From Candidatus Delongbacteria bacterium (GTDB taxonomy: Bacteria > UBA4055): DNA of 46,022 bases. The translations under genes were made by a program, and so were the position numbers. Numbering within the stretch: position 1 is the stretch's first letter; the number at the start of each line of letters is the position of its first letter. Positions 18,757 to 29,419 of this stretch are shown here, piece by piece. The DNA is taken from contig JAFGVM010000088.1 in the NCBI GenBank assembly GCA_016937995.1, positions 1-46,022 on the forward strand. Direction: 5' to 3'. The notes beneath the pieces are model-generated. The model saw only the letters and a list, made by a program, of their open reading frames with translations, was not told where the DNA came from and ran no database searches.

Positions 18757-19365
18757 ATGAGAAACTATAAGAAAGATGAAAATAAATTCTGTCCGTTATG
18801 CAGATTGTATAAAGACATTTGTATCTGCTCAGAAATTAAAAAATTCAACCTTGATACAAGAATTTCCATATTAATGCATAACAAAGAAAAGAGAAAAGTC
18901 TCAAACACTGCAAAAATAGCTTATTTAACACTTAACAACTGCAATTTGGTAACCAAAGGCGAGAAAGATGTCAATACTGATATAAACAGCATTATATCCT
19001 CACAACACATAAATATTGTACTGTATCCCGATGCTTCAAAAGAGTTGAACAGAGAACTTCTGCAGAATTTTGATAAACCTGTTAATCTGATAGTGCTGGA
19101 TGGAAATTATAACCAGGCGGGAAAGATGTTCCGTTCAGATATTGCTTTGCAAAAAGCAATTAAAGTCAGACTTCCATTAGGGCAGATCAGAAAAGATCAA
19201 CTCCGGTCACCCGTTCATCCTGAACAGGTATCAACAATAGAAGCTGTCATTAATGCTTTAGAGATAATTGGAGATACTGAAGCAAATGAACATATGGAAT
19301 ATTTATTCGGTGAACTGACATTACGTCTTAAAAAAAGGGTCAATAGTAATTTAAAATTTACTTAG
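18757..19365 (+). CDS. DTW-domain protein (tRNA acp3U transferase family)
   Basis: CxxC..CxC, H.KE....NTA, LYP, LIVLDG, LR...STIEA. Confidence 0.8.
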   Translation: MRNYKKDENKFCPLCRLYKDICICSEIKKFNLDTRISILMHNKEKRKVSNTAKIAYLTLNNCNLVTKGEKDVNTDINSIISSQHINIVLYPDASKELNRELLQNFDKPVNLIVLDGNYNQAGKMFRSDIALQKAIKVRLPLGQIRKDQLRSPVHPEQVSTIEAVINALEIIGDTEANEHMEYLFGELTLRLKKRVNSNLKFT

Positions 19366-21916
19366 CTACTAATGTTCCTAGCTTACAATATCCTTCCTCA
19401 GTGTTTCTTGCGATCCTGATTATTATAGGTTCATATTTTTCAGATTCAAGGAACAGTCTGTAACTACCCGGTTTTAGTCCATATGCATAAAAATATCCTG
19501 CTTTGTTAGTAAAGATAGTTGTATAATCCTCATCATATTTTCCATACGGTACCAATTCAGCCACAGCATTAGCTATTGGTCTATTTTCCTGATCCACTAA
19601 TTGACCTTTGGCAAAAATATATGCCTTACCTTCAATATCTATTAAAAATCCACTTTTGTAAGTAGGTAATAGTATGTGTCCGTCCGAATTAACTTCATAT
19701 CCCATTGGAAGGTCTGGAAGTTCAACATTAAATTCCTGGACCCTGTACGGAAGTAAGTTAGTAAAAATAGCTGGACCAAAACGATCGGATGAGTATTGGT
19801 AATTACCATCACGGGTTCTATTGATCCCTACCTTATAATCTTTGATCACTTTGTTCGGTTTTATTAATGCAAAGCTATTATTAACAAGTTTTCCCCAGCC
19901 GAAATGGCCTCCTACGAAAACTATACCTGTTCCACCTCTCAGATTTACTGTATTATTCCTAATTCCATCATCGGATTCATTGAAATCATAATTGAGAGAT
20001 AAATTTCCACGGTTACCGGAATATGAGGTTGTGTTTGAAACTGATACAGGAGAATACTCAGATCTATTAGTAGAAAGACTGTTCATCAAGCTACCATCAG
20101 GTGCCTGATAATCCCAATTAACTCTTCCAGAATTATATTTACTGTCATATACCGTATTGAATACATGGTTAATAGGTGGATTATAGGTCAGGTTAAGGCT
20201 TGCTCTCCATGGATCAAGTGATGAATTACCGTCTCTGTTTGTTATCGTACAGGATACCCTCATGCTTGATGACATTCTCTTAGCTATTGAAAATGAATAC
20301 GTATAGGTATCCGGCTGGGTCTCTCTTCCAATTCCGTATGAAGCACTTAGAGAAGTATTTATTGTCTCAGTAATATTCTGCGATACCGACCCTGAGATGA
20401 TATATGAGACTAGGTTTCGAGGTGTAAGTTCATTCAGATTTGCATAGTTTTCACCTAAAAACTCTATCGTACCTCTCCATTGTCTGTGAAACGGATTTTG
20501 ATGATAATTGTTATTGAAATAATTATAAGACAGTCTTGTAGCAACACCGGTTGAAATTGAATCAGTACCGCTTAATGCCAGATCAACATCAAAATTCCCG
20601 AACACTGTACCAAAATTACTGCCTAAACCGAACATGTACTGATCCATCTTTGCTTGTGAATATGCTGAAAGTGTAATATTATTTGTTAAACCTCTACGAT
20701 AGAACATAGATACTATCGGTTCGTCACTGTAATTTATCTTACCGTCATATACTTGGCTCGTAACTCCCACATTAAACGAATACTGATCAAGATCTTTCTT
20801 CAATTGAAGATTGTTAAAATATGAATTTAGGTCGATCACTTCTTCATCACCGATATCGTTCCTGATAATAACCTTGATATTGGTCACACCGTGATTAAAT
20901 GCCGCCTGCTTTAAATTAAAAGGACCGGGATTAACGTTCATCTTCTCCATTAACACATCGTTGGCATATATTTCAATTGTAGAAGGTCTTAGGATCACAA
21001 CCCCGTTCATTGTTTCAGGCTGAGTAGTCTTATAGGGTTGTAAATTAAAATCTTTTGTAAAGGCTACTCCAGCCATTGAAGGAGAAGTTTGATACCCAAT
21101 TATCGGAATGTTAAGATCACCTAAATAATATCTGAACATATACTCAGGTTGATCATATACCAATCTTGTCATTCTTCTCTGAATGTCACCGTTATCTGAA
21201 TACTCACCCAAACCTTCCAGAACCACTTTGTAGATATTTATCGCACCATCAAAATTCAATGAGAACGGATTGCTGCTGAAGTCATTTTCCTCATAAGAAG
21301 TGAATTTTAATAACTGTGATGCCCTGAGATTTAAAAATCCGCTATAATTACTCGGTGATAAGGCAAAGTCAATACTGCTTGGTGCATTGTTATAACCTAA
21401 TTCTGAAGTGTTGGGTTTGATATATTCTGGAGGTACACTGATCTCAAATCGCAACATCTGTTCATCATAATCAGTATAGATATTATTCTCCTCTAAAAAA
21501 GCAAGATTTATGGTACTTAAATTCAAAGTAGCACCGACAAGCCATTCCATTAAGGGTTTATTTATAACTTTTGCAAGATGTTTGTACAATGTAGTTTTTC
21601 TTACGTGTATCTGATCAGCACCTTTCTTCAGGAATACTTCTATCTTACCTACTCTTTTACCGTTTATTATGTATGGTACAAGCAACTTGTAAGGTTTAAC
21701 CTGTTTATAACCGAACACCTCGTAAAAAAGATCATCGTAATTAGTATTATTAATATCTGGTTCATCCAGTGCAATCGGTTCCTGTGAAGCTAAAAGCTCA
21801 TAATCTGAATCTATATCAGCCATTGCTAAAAGATCGAACTCCTTCTGAAGATCAGAATATAACATCCCGGTCAATAACAATACAAGTATGATCAATATTT
21901 CACTTTTAAATTTCAA
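19358..21916 (-). CDS. Fimbrial outer-membrane usher
   Basis: TTG start; YYLGD, PSTIEIYAN..PGPFNL, YRRGLTNNITL, C-terminal FTNKAG; follows the chaperone gene. Confidence 0.85.
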   Translation of the reverse strand: MKFKSEILIILVLLLTGMLYSDLQKEFDLLAMADIDSDYELLASQEPIALDEPDINNTNYDDLFYEVFGYKQVKPYKLLVPYIINGKRVGKIEVFLKKGADQIHVRKTTLYKHLAKVINKPLMEWLVGATLNLSTINLAFLEENNIYTDYDEQMLRFEISVPPEYIKPNTSELGYNNAPSSIDFALSPSNYSGFLNLRASQLLKFTSYEENDFSSNPFSLNFDGAINIYKVVLEGLGEYSDNGDIQRRMTRLVYDQPEYMFRYYLGDLNIPIIGYQTSPSMAGVAFTKDFNLQPYKTTQPETMNGVVILRPSTIEIYANDVLMEKMNVNPGPFNLKQAAFNHGVTNIKVIIRNDIGDEEVIDLNSYFNNLQLKKDLDQYSFNVGVTSQVYDGKINYSDEPIVSMFYRRGLTNNITLSAYSQAKMDQYMFGLGSNFGTVFGNFDVDLALSGTDSISTGVATRLSYNYFNNNYHQNPFHRQWRGTIEFLGENYANLNELTPRNLVSYIISGSVSQNITETINTSLSASYGIGRETQPDTYTYSFSIAKRMSSSMRVSCTITNRDGNSSLDPWRASLNLTYNPPINHVFNTVYDSKYNSGRVNWDYQAPDGSLMNSLSTNRSEYSPVSVSNTTSYSGNRGNLSLNYDFNESDDGIRNNTVNLRGGTGIVFVGGHFGWGKLVNNSFALIKPNKVIKDYKVGINRTRDGNYQYSSDRFGPAIFTNLLPYRVQEFNVELPDLPMGYEVNSDGHILLPTYKSGFLIDIEGKAYIFAKGQLVDQENRPIANAVAELVPYGKYDEDYTTIFTNKAGYFYAYGLKPGSYRLFLESEKYEPIIIRIARNTEEGYCKLGTLVAK

Positions 21917-21918
21917 GG

Positions 21919-22671
21919 TTACTCTTTAATTAGTTCAACATTTATCTGACCCAATGGTATCTGTTCAGGCCATAGGATTCTGAATCTTCTTTTACTTTTT
22001 GCTAATATAGATGAAGCCATAGCAGGAACTTCATTCATGGTCAAAATCAACGGCTTAAGATTACCACTATCTTCCTTTCTTGCACCCTGTCTAATCAGGA
22101 ATGAAGCACTTGTCAATTTCCCGTGAAGATTGCCATTGTTTATACAAACTATTTCCAGTTCCTGTTCTCCTTTATCGCTTAAAGGAGCACCTATTGACTC
22201 AATTACAATATCTGGACTGGCATTAATAGGTTTTACATATAATCTTCCTGCATAATTCATAAGAACATTTATGCTTGCAGAAAAACTGACGTCATTATTT
22301 TTCTTCTTTGGAAGTTCGATCTCTTTACAAAAGATTGTGTAACTCAGCTCATTTTCAATATCCTGTTTACCAACATAACGGACCTGTATCGATCTTTCCT
22401 CATTCTTTTTTAATATGAACTGAGCAGGATAGATCACGAAATCGTCATGCACTTCCTCGCCCTGAACAGGATTTCCATCAATATCCTTTGTCAACTTTAA
22501 TATGCTTATATCAATAGGGATCGGTCTGTCCTCCTGATTGGATATAGTATATAAGTAACTCGATGAATTTCCATTTGTAGTTAAAGTAACTACAGAAGGG
22601 CCAAAAGTATATGCGTTCAATATCAAGGTGAGTAGAGTTATATATAAAATCGTAATTTTCTTATTAATCAT
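21919..22671 (-). CDS. Fimbrial periplasmic chaperone (PapD/CsuC-like)
   Basis: Signal peptide; YPAQFIL..ERSIQVRY, ELSY..E, N.GN.H. Confidence 0.85.
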   Translation of the reverse strand: MINKKITILYITLLTLILNAYTFGPSVVTLTTNGNSSSYLYTISNQEDRPIPIDISILKLTKDIDGNPVQGEEVHDDFVIYPAQFILKKNEERSIQVRYVGKQDIENELSYTIFCKEIELPKKKNNDVSFSASINVLMNYAGRLYVKPINASPDIVIESIGAPLSDKGEQELEIVCINNGNLHGKLTSASFLIRQGARKEDSGNLKPLILTMNEVPAMASSILAKSKRRFRILWPEQIPLGQINVELIKE

Positions 22672-22689
22672 TTTCAAATCCTGAAAGTT

Positions 22690-23220
22690 TTAATCGTTTG
22701 ATGCTAAAACCAGAGTTAATTGATCTGTGTAATTACCAGCTAACTTACCGACTGTTGCAGCATCCGCAATGGTCATTCTGAGATCAAAATTCAATTTATT
22801 AGTTCTTTGAGTGGTTGTACCTGTTGTTGTAATTAAGGCTGTATTTGCATTGAATACCAAAGTTGTATTGTATGGTGGAACCAATGTTAATCCTGCAGCA
22901 AGAGTTCCAGAGTTATAATTCGCTTCAAGATTGTAATCAATTGTTGTATTATTGATCTCATGTTGTAATCTCGGTTGTGTAGATGTCCCGTTTGCAGAAG
23001 TTATAAATAAAGTCCATCCGTTAAGACTTCTGTCCTTGATCTCAATTCCTGAAACTACATTGACAGTTGTGCAACCGACACCACTGCTTATGGAAATTGG
23101 AATACCTGTTGCGAGATTACTCGGATATGAATCGACAGTTACGGCTGTTCCCTGAGAAAATGCATTTAATACAAAGAGAAATATGACGGTTGTTAAAATA
23201 TGTTTTGTTTTATGTAGCAT
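22690..23220 (-). CDS. Putative minor pilin
   Basis: Signal peptide; paralog of the upstream gene; C-terminus GKLAGNYTDQLTLVLASND. Confidence 0.75.
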   Translation of the reverse strand: MLHKTKHILTTVIFLFVLNAFSQGTAVTVDSYPSNLATGIPISISSGVGCTTVNVVSGIEIKDRSLNGWTLFITSANGTSTQPRLQHEINNTTIDYNLEANYNSGTLAAGLTLVPPYNTTLVFNANTALITTTGTTTQRTNKLNFDLRMTIADAATVGKLAGNYTDQLTLVLASND

Positions 23221-23253
23221 GTTAATTTACTAGTTTCTCTCTTTTTAAATTTA

Positions 23254-23283
23254 TGGCGGGATCAATTTTATTTGATCCCACCA
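23254..23283 (-). terminator. Stem-loop after the major pilin gene
   Basis: TGGTGGGATCAA-ATAAAA-TTGATCCCGCCA on the minus strand; only a weak U tract. Confidence 0.6.
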
Positions 23284-23317
23284 ATTTGCTTAGTAACTTT
23301 TCAACATATGAAAAGTA

Positions 23318-23851
23318 TTAGTCATTTGATGCAAGTGTAAATGCAATTGTATCAACGTAATCACCGGCTAATTTACCTGCAGTTTCAGCTGCGGTAACAT
23401 CCATATTCAAATCGAAGCTGTAAGCAGCTGTACCTGTTGTTGCAGTTCCTGTTGCGGTTATAGCAGCAGCACCTAATGTTAAAGGTGTTGTAGCGTTCAA
23501 TGTAAGACCTGTACCTAAAGTACCACCAACGTTAGCCATTGTAAGAGTGTAGGCCATTGTAGCACCGTTTGTTGCATTTGTAAGAACTCCGGTACCTGCA
23601 ACAATATCCAAAGTCCAACCTGCGATACTGTTGTCATCAATTGTGATTCCTGTTACAACATCAACATCCAAAGCGTTTCCTGCTACTACCGGAGCAGGTG
23701 TTCCTGTTGTTGTGTTAGTCGGGTAAGCACCTACTGTTAAAGCAGTAGTTAAAGCGATATTAGCCGCGATCTCACCGTTGCTGATCAATGCTGCGTTTGA
23801 AACGCTTGCTGCCAGTAAAACACCCAGAAGCACTGTCATCATTTTTTTCAT
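23318..23851 (-). CDS. Putative major pilin (SCPU/Csu-like C-terminus)
   Basis: Strong GGGGAG RBS; signal peptide; Ala/Thr/Gly-rich; C-terminus GKLAGDYVDTIAFTLASND. Confidence 0.78.
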   Translation of the reverse strand: MKKMMTVLLGVLLAASVSNAALISNGEIAANIALTTALTVGAYPTNTTTGTPAPVVAGNALDVDVVTGITIDDNSIAGWTLDIVAGTGVLTNATNGATMAYTLTMANVGGTLGTGLTLNATTPLTLGAAAITATGTATTGTAAYSFDLNMDVTAAETAGKLAGDYVDTIAFTLASND

Positions 23852-24085
23852 GTTTTCTCCCCTTTTGGTTTGATTAGGATTTTTTCATCTTATCTTTTTT
23901 AAACTCATTTGCAATTATTTCGCATTTATATTTAAGTAATCTAGTGTCGCTTTGCTAATAAGTCAGTGATATAAATCACATTAACATAATAAGTTTCTAC
24001 ATACCATAACATTGTATTATGTATAGCATGACTCAGTAAAATAATACATTTCTCAGAAAAATTCTATAAAAAAATGTTTCCCGTT

Positions 24086-25078
24086 TTATAAAATACCCGA
24101 AATCGATATTTTTCCTATAGCTTTACCGGACTGTAACAATTGGTGTGACCTGTTCAATATTTCTACGGATATGACATCCTGAGTTGATGATAAAGTCGAC
24201 TTGATCCTGCCTTTGTCCAACAATTTGGATATCCTGTTAAGAATAATACCCTGTTCTCCAATATCTTCTGTAGTGAACATTGATCTTGTGAACATGAACT
24301 CCCACACAAATGTGACACTTTTTTTCTTGAGAATATCCAGATCATGGTCTTTTTCTGTTGAAACCAAACTGCATATTTTTCCCTGAGGTTTAATGATTTC
24401 TGACATTGTTTTAAAATAGTGATCAGTGCTGTTCAGACAAAGAATATAATCAAAATTATCGATTTTCAGCTGTTCCATTTCCGCTTTTAGATCTTTTCTG
24501 TGATCTAAAACACCGTCGGCTCCCATAGACTTACACCAGTTTTTCGATTCTTCTCTTGATGCTGTGGTTATTACTTTAAGACCAGCAACTTTTTTTGCCA
24601 GCTGAATTGCTATTGAACCTACTCCTCCCGCTCCACCTATGATCAAAATTCTTTTACCTTTGTCTTTTTCAGGATCAATATTCATTCTGTCAAATAAAGC
24701 TTCCCAGGCAGCTATAGAAGTTAAAGGCATTGCTGCGGATTCTTCATAACTTAGATTTTCAGGTTTAATTCCGGTTATCCTTTCATCAACGATCTGATGA
24801 GACGCATATGAACCGTCTCTGTTTATATCTCCGGCATAAAATACTTTATCACCAACCTTATAATTCTTAACTTCATCTCCAATAGCTTCTACTATTCCTG
24901 CCGCATCCCACCCCAGGATCTTAGATGAATTTGTTCCTTCAAGTATCTTTCTTACTTTAGTGTCAATAGGATTCACTGAAATTGCTTTTATCCTGACCAA
25001 AAGATCTCTTCCTGAAGGTGAAGGTGTTTCTTTTTCAATAACCTGAAATTCATTACCATTATAAATCACTGCTTTCAT
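24086..25078 (-). CDS. MDR-family (zinc-type ADH-like) oxidoreductase
   Basis: SVNPIDTK, LGWDAAG, GGAGGVGS, WEFMFTRS. Confidence 0.9.
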   Translation of the reverse strand: MKAVIYNGNEFQVIEKETPSPSGRDLLVRIKAISVNPIDTKVRKILEGTNSSKILGWDAAGIVEAIGDEVKNYKVGDKVFYAGDINRDGSYASHQIVDERITGIKPENLSYEESAAMPLTSIAAWEALFDRMNIDPEKDKGKRILIIGGAGGVGSIAIQLAKKVAGLKVITTASREESKNWCKSMGADGVLDHRKDLKAEMEQLKIDNFDYILCLNSTDHYFKTMSEIIKPQGKICSLVSTEKDHDLDILKKKSVTFVWEFMFTRSMFTTEDIGEQGIILNRISKLLDKGRIKSTLSSTQDVISVEILNRSHQLLQSGKAIGKISISGIL

Positions 25079-25187
25079 ATTTATCCCTGCATATTTTGTT
25101 TTGAATCAGTATAATTTATACTATTTGAACGTCAGTTACAATATCAAAAAAATTGCATTATTTCAATTTGAATGTTAATATTCCTGA

Positions 25188-27026
25188 ATGGATCAAATAT
25201 CACAAATAAAACTTGAGCTTCTCTCACCTGCAAAAAATCTCAGATCAGGTAAACTTGCCATCCTTTCAGGTGCCGATGCAGTTTATATAGGAGGACCTGA
25301 ACTTTCAGCTAGATCAGCAGCAGGTAATTCATGGGAAGACATAGAAGAACTGATCAAATTTGCACATCAGTATTATTCAAAGGTCTACGTAGCTCTCAAC
25401 ACGATCTTTTATAATGAGGAAACAGAGATCATAAAAGGATCTATCGAAAAAGCATATTCTATAGGAGCAGATGCATTGATAATCCAGGATACGGGAATAC
25501 TTGAAATGCACCTACCCCCAATTCCTGTACATGCTTCGACACAGTGTAATAATTCAGATCCTGAACATATCCGATTTCTCAGAGACACTGGTTTTTCAAG
25601 GGTTATACTGGCCAGAGAACTGGAGATTGATCAGATCGAAAAGATCAGTAAAAAGGTTCCTGGAATAGAAATGGAAGCATTTGTTCATGGAGCATTGTGT
25701 GTTTCATTTTCCGGAAGATGCTATTTTTCTCAGTATTTATCAGGCAGAAGTGCCAACAGAGGAAAGTGTATGCAGGTATGCCGTCTTCCATTTGATCTTG
25801 AAGATTCAAGTGGTAAAGTACTGGCAAAAAGCAAATACTTACTATCTTTGAAAGATATGAATTTATCAGGTAATCTGGATCAAATGATCAATGCCGGTGT
25901 TACTTCATTCAAGATAGAAGGGCGATTAAAAGATGAGGCATATGTGGGAAATGTAACTGCTGCATACAGCAATGAGATAGACAGAATAATTGAAAACAGT
26001 AACGGAAAGTATACACGTGCATCATCAGGTAAAGTTCAATTGAAGTATGAACCCGACTTAAATAAAACTTTTAACAGAGGATTTACAAAATATTTTTTCA
26101 ACGGCCGTAAAGAAGAAGTTATCTCTCCGGATTATCAGAAATCGCTGGGAGAATTTATCGGTAAGATCAAAAATATTTCCTATGACTATTTTACACTCGA
26201 TAGAGTTCATGACCTAAAAAACGGAGAAGGGATATGCTGGTTCAACAAAAATAATAAGCTTACCGGAGTTAATATAAATAAAGTTGAAGTTGAACGCATT
26301 TATCCCAATAAGACTATTCCGGATTCTGAAGGTATAGAAATTTATCGTAACGAGAATCCGTCTTTTGAGAAAGCAGTTATCAATGGAACTGAGAGAAGAA
26401 TTGGTCTTTCCTTCAAAGTTCAGGAGAAAAACGGGGTTTTTAAAATAACTGCTACTGATGAGGATAATAATCAAGCAGAAATAGAATTTAACCATGTTAA
26501 GATCATAGCGAATAAACCTGAAGGTTTATTTGAGAATTGGAAAAAACAGTTCTCTAAACTCGGGGACAGCATTTTTTATTTTGATAAAATTGAGCTTGAT
26601 CCCGAAAATAAATACTTTATCCCTTTGTCAGTTCTCAATGAAAAAAGAAGAGAGATAATTTCGGCTGTCTTAAAAGTAAGAATAGGTAGTTTTCCAGTAT
26701 CAATTGCTGGACAGAAGATCTCCGGAATAAAATATCCTGAAAAAATACTCGATAGTTCGTTCAATATATCAAACGAATATGCTGAGAGATTTTATAAAAA
26801 ACATGGTGCGGAAATAAATGAGTTTGCTGCTGAGATTTCTGATAATCATAGTATTAAAAGAGTGATGACCACAAAGCATTGTATGAAGCATTGGTTAGGG
26901 AATTGTCCAGTGGATACTAAGAAAATAAACAGCTTTTCAGAACCTCTATATCTTGTATTAAAAGAGAAAAAATTCAGGCTTGAGTTTAATTGTAAAGACT
27001 GTATTATGGAAATATATTCTGAATAA
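25188..27026 (+). CDS. rlhA: U32-family protein, RlhA-like 23S rRNA hydroxylase
   Basis: LELLSPA, GADAVYIG, HASTQ, HGALCVSFSGRC..NRGKCMQVCR, KIEGR; long C-terminal extension. Confidence 0.75.
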   Translation: MDQISQIKLELLSPAKNLRSGKLAILSGADAVYIGGPELSARSAAGNSWEDIEELIKFAHQYYSKVYVALNTIFYNEETEIIKGSIEKAYSIGADALIIQDTGILEMHLPPIPVHASTQCNNSDPEHIRFLRDTGFSRVILARELEIDQIEKISKKVPGIEMEAFVHGALCVSFSGRCYFSQYLSGRSANRGKCMQVCRLPFDLEDSSGKVLAKSKYLLSLKDMNLSGNLDQMINAGVTSFKIEGRLKDEAYVGNVTAAYSNEIDRIIENSNGKYTRASSGKVQLKYEPDLNKTFNRGFTKYFFNGRKEEVISPDYQKSLGEFIGKIKNISYDYFTLDRVHDLKNGEGICWFNKNNKLTGVNINKVEVERIYPNKTIPDSEGIEIYRNENPSFEKAVINGTERRIGLSFKVQEKNGVFKITATDEDNNQAEIEFNHVKIIANKPEGLFENWKKQFSKLGDSIFYFDKIELDPENKYFIPLSVLNEKRREIISAVLKVRIGSFPVSIAGQKISGIKYPEKILDSSFNISNEYAERFYKKHGAEINEFAAEISDNHSIKRVMTTKHCMKHWLGNCPVDTKKINSFSEPLYLVLKEKKFRLEFNCKDCIMEIYSE

Positions 27027-27039
27027 AGTTTATTCTTTT

Positions 27040-28404
27040 TTATTTCCCAACTACGATAGTCTTCTTATTTACAAATTCTTTAATCCCTAATTCTGAAAGT
27101 TCTCTTCCCGCACCGGATTTTTTCGTTCCACCGAAAGGTAGTCTCGGATCAGATTTAACAAAGTCATTTATAGCTACAGTTCCTGCCTGGATCCGTTTCG
27201 CTAATCTCTCTGCTCTTTCAATATTCTCTGTAAAAATTGCAGCACCAAGTCCGTATTCAGTATTATTAGCTATTCTTACAGCTTCATCTTCTGTTTGAAC
27301 TACAATTATTGGTGCGATCGGTCCGAAAACTTCTTCATTTATAACTTTCATATCTTCAGTTGTATTAGAAACTACACATGGAGAAAAGAAATATCCTTTT
27401 TCAGGTCTTTCCTGCTGCCTAGATATTTTTCCACCTTTTTTCACAGTATCTTCGAGTTGTACCTGAAGCTCTTTAACGAATTCAGGTCTAGCAAGAGGTG
27501 CAATATCAGTACTTTCATCAAGTGGATCACCGATCTTAAGCTTATTCATTCCTGAAATAAATTTTTCACTGAATTCTTTTGCTATAGAATCCATCACGAT
27601 GAATCTTTTAGCAGCAATACAGCTTTGACCACTGTTGAGCGTTCTTGAGAGTACTGCTGCTTTAACAGCTTTATCGATATCAGCATCTTCGAGAACAATG
27701 AACGGATCTGAACCACCAAGTTCTAAGACCATTGGTTTTATCCTCTTACCTGCTATTTCTCCGACCTTTTCTCCGGCATTATTACTACCTGTCAATGAAA
27801 CTGCATCTACAAGATCTTCATCAATTATTCTCATTGCAGTTTTTGAATCTACAAGTAGTGTCGTGAACACTCCGTCAAAATATCCTGCTTCAGAAAATAT
27901 TTCCTCAATTGCTAAAGCACATTGCGGAACATTTGAAGCATGTTTTAAAATACAAACATTTCCGGCTGTAATTGAAGGAACTGCCTGTCTGAACACCTGC
28001 CAGAAAGGAAAATTCCAAGGCATTATTTCAAATACGATTCCTAAAGGTTCGAACGATATATAACTCTTCTGATTCTGAGTTTCAATATGCTCATCTTTTA
28101 GAAATTTCTCAGCATTATCAGCATAATAATCACAAAGCCATGCACATTTTTCAACTGATGCAGTAGATGATCTTATTATCATACCCATTTCTTTTGTAAT
28201 GGTCTCAGCATATTTTTTTTTATTCACTCTGAGAACAGTTGCAAGATTCCTAAGCAATCTCACTCTGACCTTGATATCTGTACCTTTCCATGCATAAAAA
28301 GTGTTTCTTGCTTCATTTATCTTTTCTAATGTTTCATCCCATTTCAGAAGATCATATTCGGCCATTACTTCTTCTGTATACGGATTTATTGACTTGATTT
28401 TCAT
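27040..28404 (-). CDS. NAD(P)-dependent succinate-semialdehyde dehydrogenase family
   Basis: MPWNFP, LTGS, LELGGSDP, GQSC, EEVFGP. Confidence 0.9.
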   Translation of the reverse strand: MKIKSINPYTEEVMAEYDLLKWDETLEKINEARNTFYAWKGTDIKVRVRLLRNLATVLRVNKKKYAETITKEMGMIIRSSTASVEKCAWLCDYYADNAEKFLKDEHIETQNQKSYISFEPLGIVFEIMPWNFPFWQVFRQAVPSITAGNVCILKHASNVPQCALAIEEIFSEAGYFDGVFTTLLVDSKTAMRIIDEDLVDAVSLTGSNNAGEKVGEIAGKRIKPMVLELGGSDPFIVLEDADIDKAVKAAVLSRTLNSGQSCIAAKRFIVMDSIAKEFSEKFISGMNKLKIGDPLDESTDIAPLARPEFVKELQVQLEDTVKKGGKISRQQERPEKGYFFSPCVVSNTTEDMKVINEEVFGPIAPIIVVQTEDEAVRIANNTEYGLGAAIFTENIERAERLAKRIQAGTVAINDFVKSDPRLPFGGTKKSGAGRELSELGIKEFVNKKTIVVGK

Positions 28405-28431
28405 ATTAATACACCTGATTGTCTAACAATT

Positions 28432-29001
28432 TTATTTACTGAAAAAATTTATTGGTGTAGTACTGATCCTTTCATATCTCACTATTTCGTCTTTTAGCTT
28501 TCTGATCTTAAAAATGATAATGTTTATTGCCTCCCAAAGAAAAACCCAACCACCAATGTTAAATCCTTCAATGATGATCTTATAAAAATAATTTGTCTCT
28601 ACTGTTGATGAAAGAAAGAAGGAGGTAAATAAAGAAAAAACTGAGATTAAAATGAATATACCGACTTCTTTACGAAGTTTTTTGATCTGTTTCATTACAA
28701 AAAGCATCATAAAATCATAATAATTTTTTATACCTGTCCTGATCCTTTTTTCCTTCTCAATATCTTCATACTTTTCAGGAATATGAAAATGCAGCTCAAC
28801 TTTACAGTTTAACGGAAGATATTCAAAAGAATCATCCATATAGCTTATAAAATCCTGATCAAGATCTCTTTTTTTTATAGGTGAAGGATCAAGTTCATTA
28901 AATATGTCCGTGTAGGATTTTAGCTTAACTTCAACTATGTACGAATTCGTTTCCTGATTGAATTTATATAAGTCTTTTAATATCTTCTTTTCATTTTTCA
29001 C
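28432..29001 (-). CDS. Hypothetical membrane protein
   Basis: GTG start overlapping the upstream gene; DPSP..RDL and GWVFLWEA; two TM segments. Confidence 0.75.
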   Translation of the reverse strand: MKNEKKILKDLYKFNQETNSYIVEVKLKSYTDIFNELDPSPIKKRDLDQDFISYMDDSFEYLPLNCKVELHFHIPEKYEDIEKEKRIRTGIKNYYDFMMLFVMKQIKKLRKEVGIFILISVFSLFTSFFLSSTVETNYFYKIIIEGFNIGGWVFLWEAINIIIFKIRKLKDEIVRYERISTTPINFFSK

Positions 29002-29410
29002 TTTTCTCTTCCTTTACCATTTTTTCATACTCTGCAGCACATGGTTCCCAAAGTTCTATCTGATTACCTTCAATATCCATTATCTGTGCAAATTTACCGT
29101 AATCATAAACTTTAATATCATGAATGATCTTTACACCTTCTGCTTTCAGTTCTTTCATCAGGGCTGTCAGATCGTTCACCCTGTAATTTATCATAAAATC
29201 TTTCTCACCGGGAGAAAAATAATCAGTTTTATCAGAGAAAGGACTCCACTGAAGAAAGGTCTTTTCATCAGGATTCTCATCGTCTCTTGAAACAAAATTG
29301 GTACCATATTCATCAGTTTGCAAGCCCAAATGTTTATTATACCATTTTTTAACCTTATCAGGATCTTTGCATTTGAAGAATATTCCACCAATACCTTTAA
29401 CTTTTTTCAT
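28991..29410 (-). CDS. VOC/glyoxalase-family protein
   Basis: GIGGIFFK..WY..HLG, MINYRV, YGKF..D.EGN.IELWEP. Confidence 0.9.
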   Translation of the reverse strand: MKKVKGIGGIFFKCKDPDKVKKWYNKHLGLQTDEYGTNFVSRDDENPDEKTFLQWSPFSDKTDYFSPGEKDFMINYRVNDLTALMKELKAEGVKIIHDIKVYDYGKFAQIMDIEGNQIELWEPCAAEYEKMVKEEKSEK

Positions 29411-29419
29411 AAAATCTCC

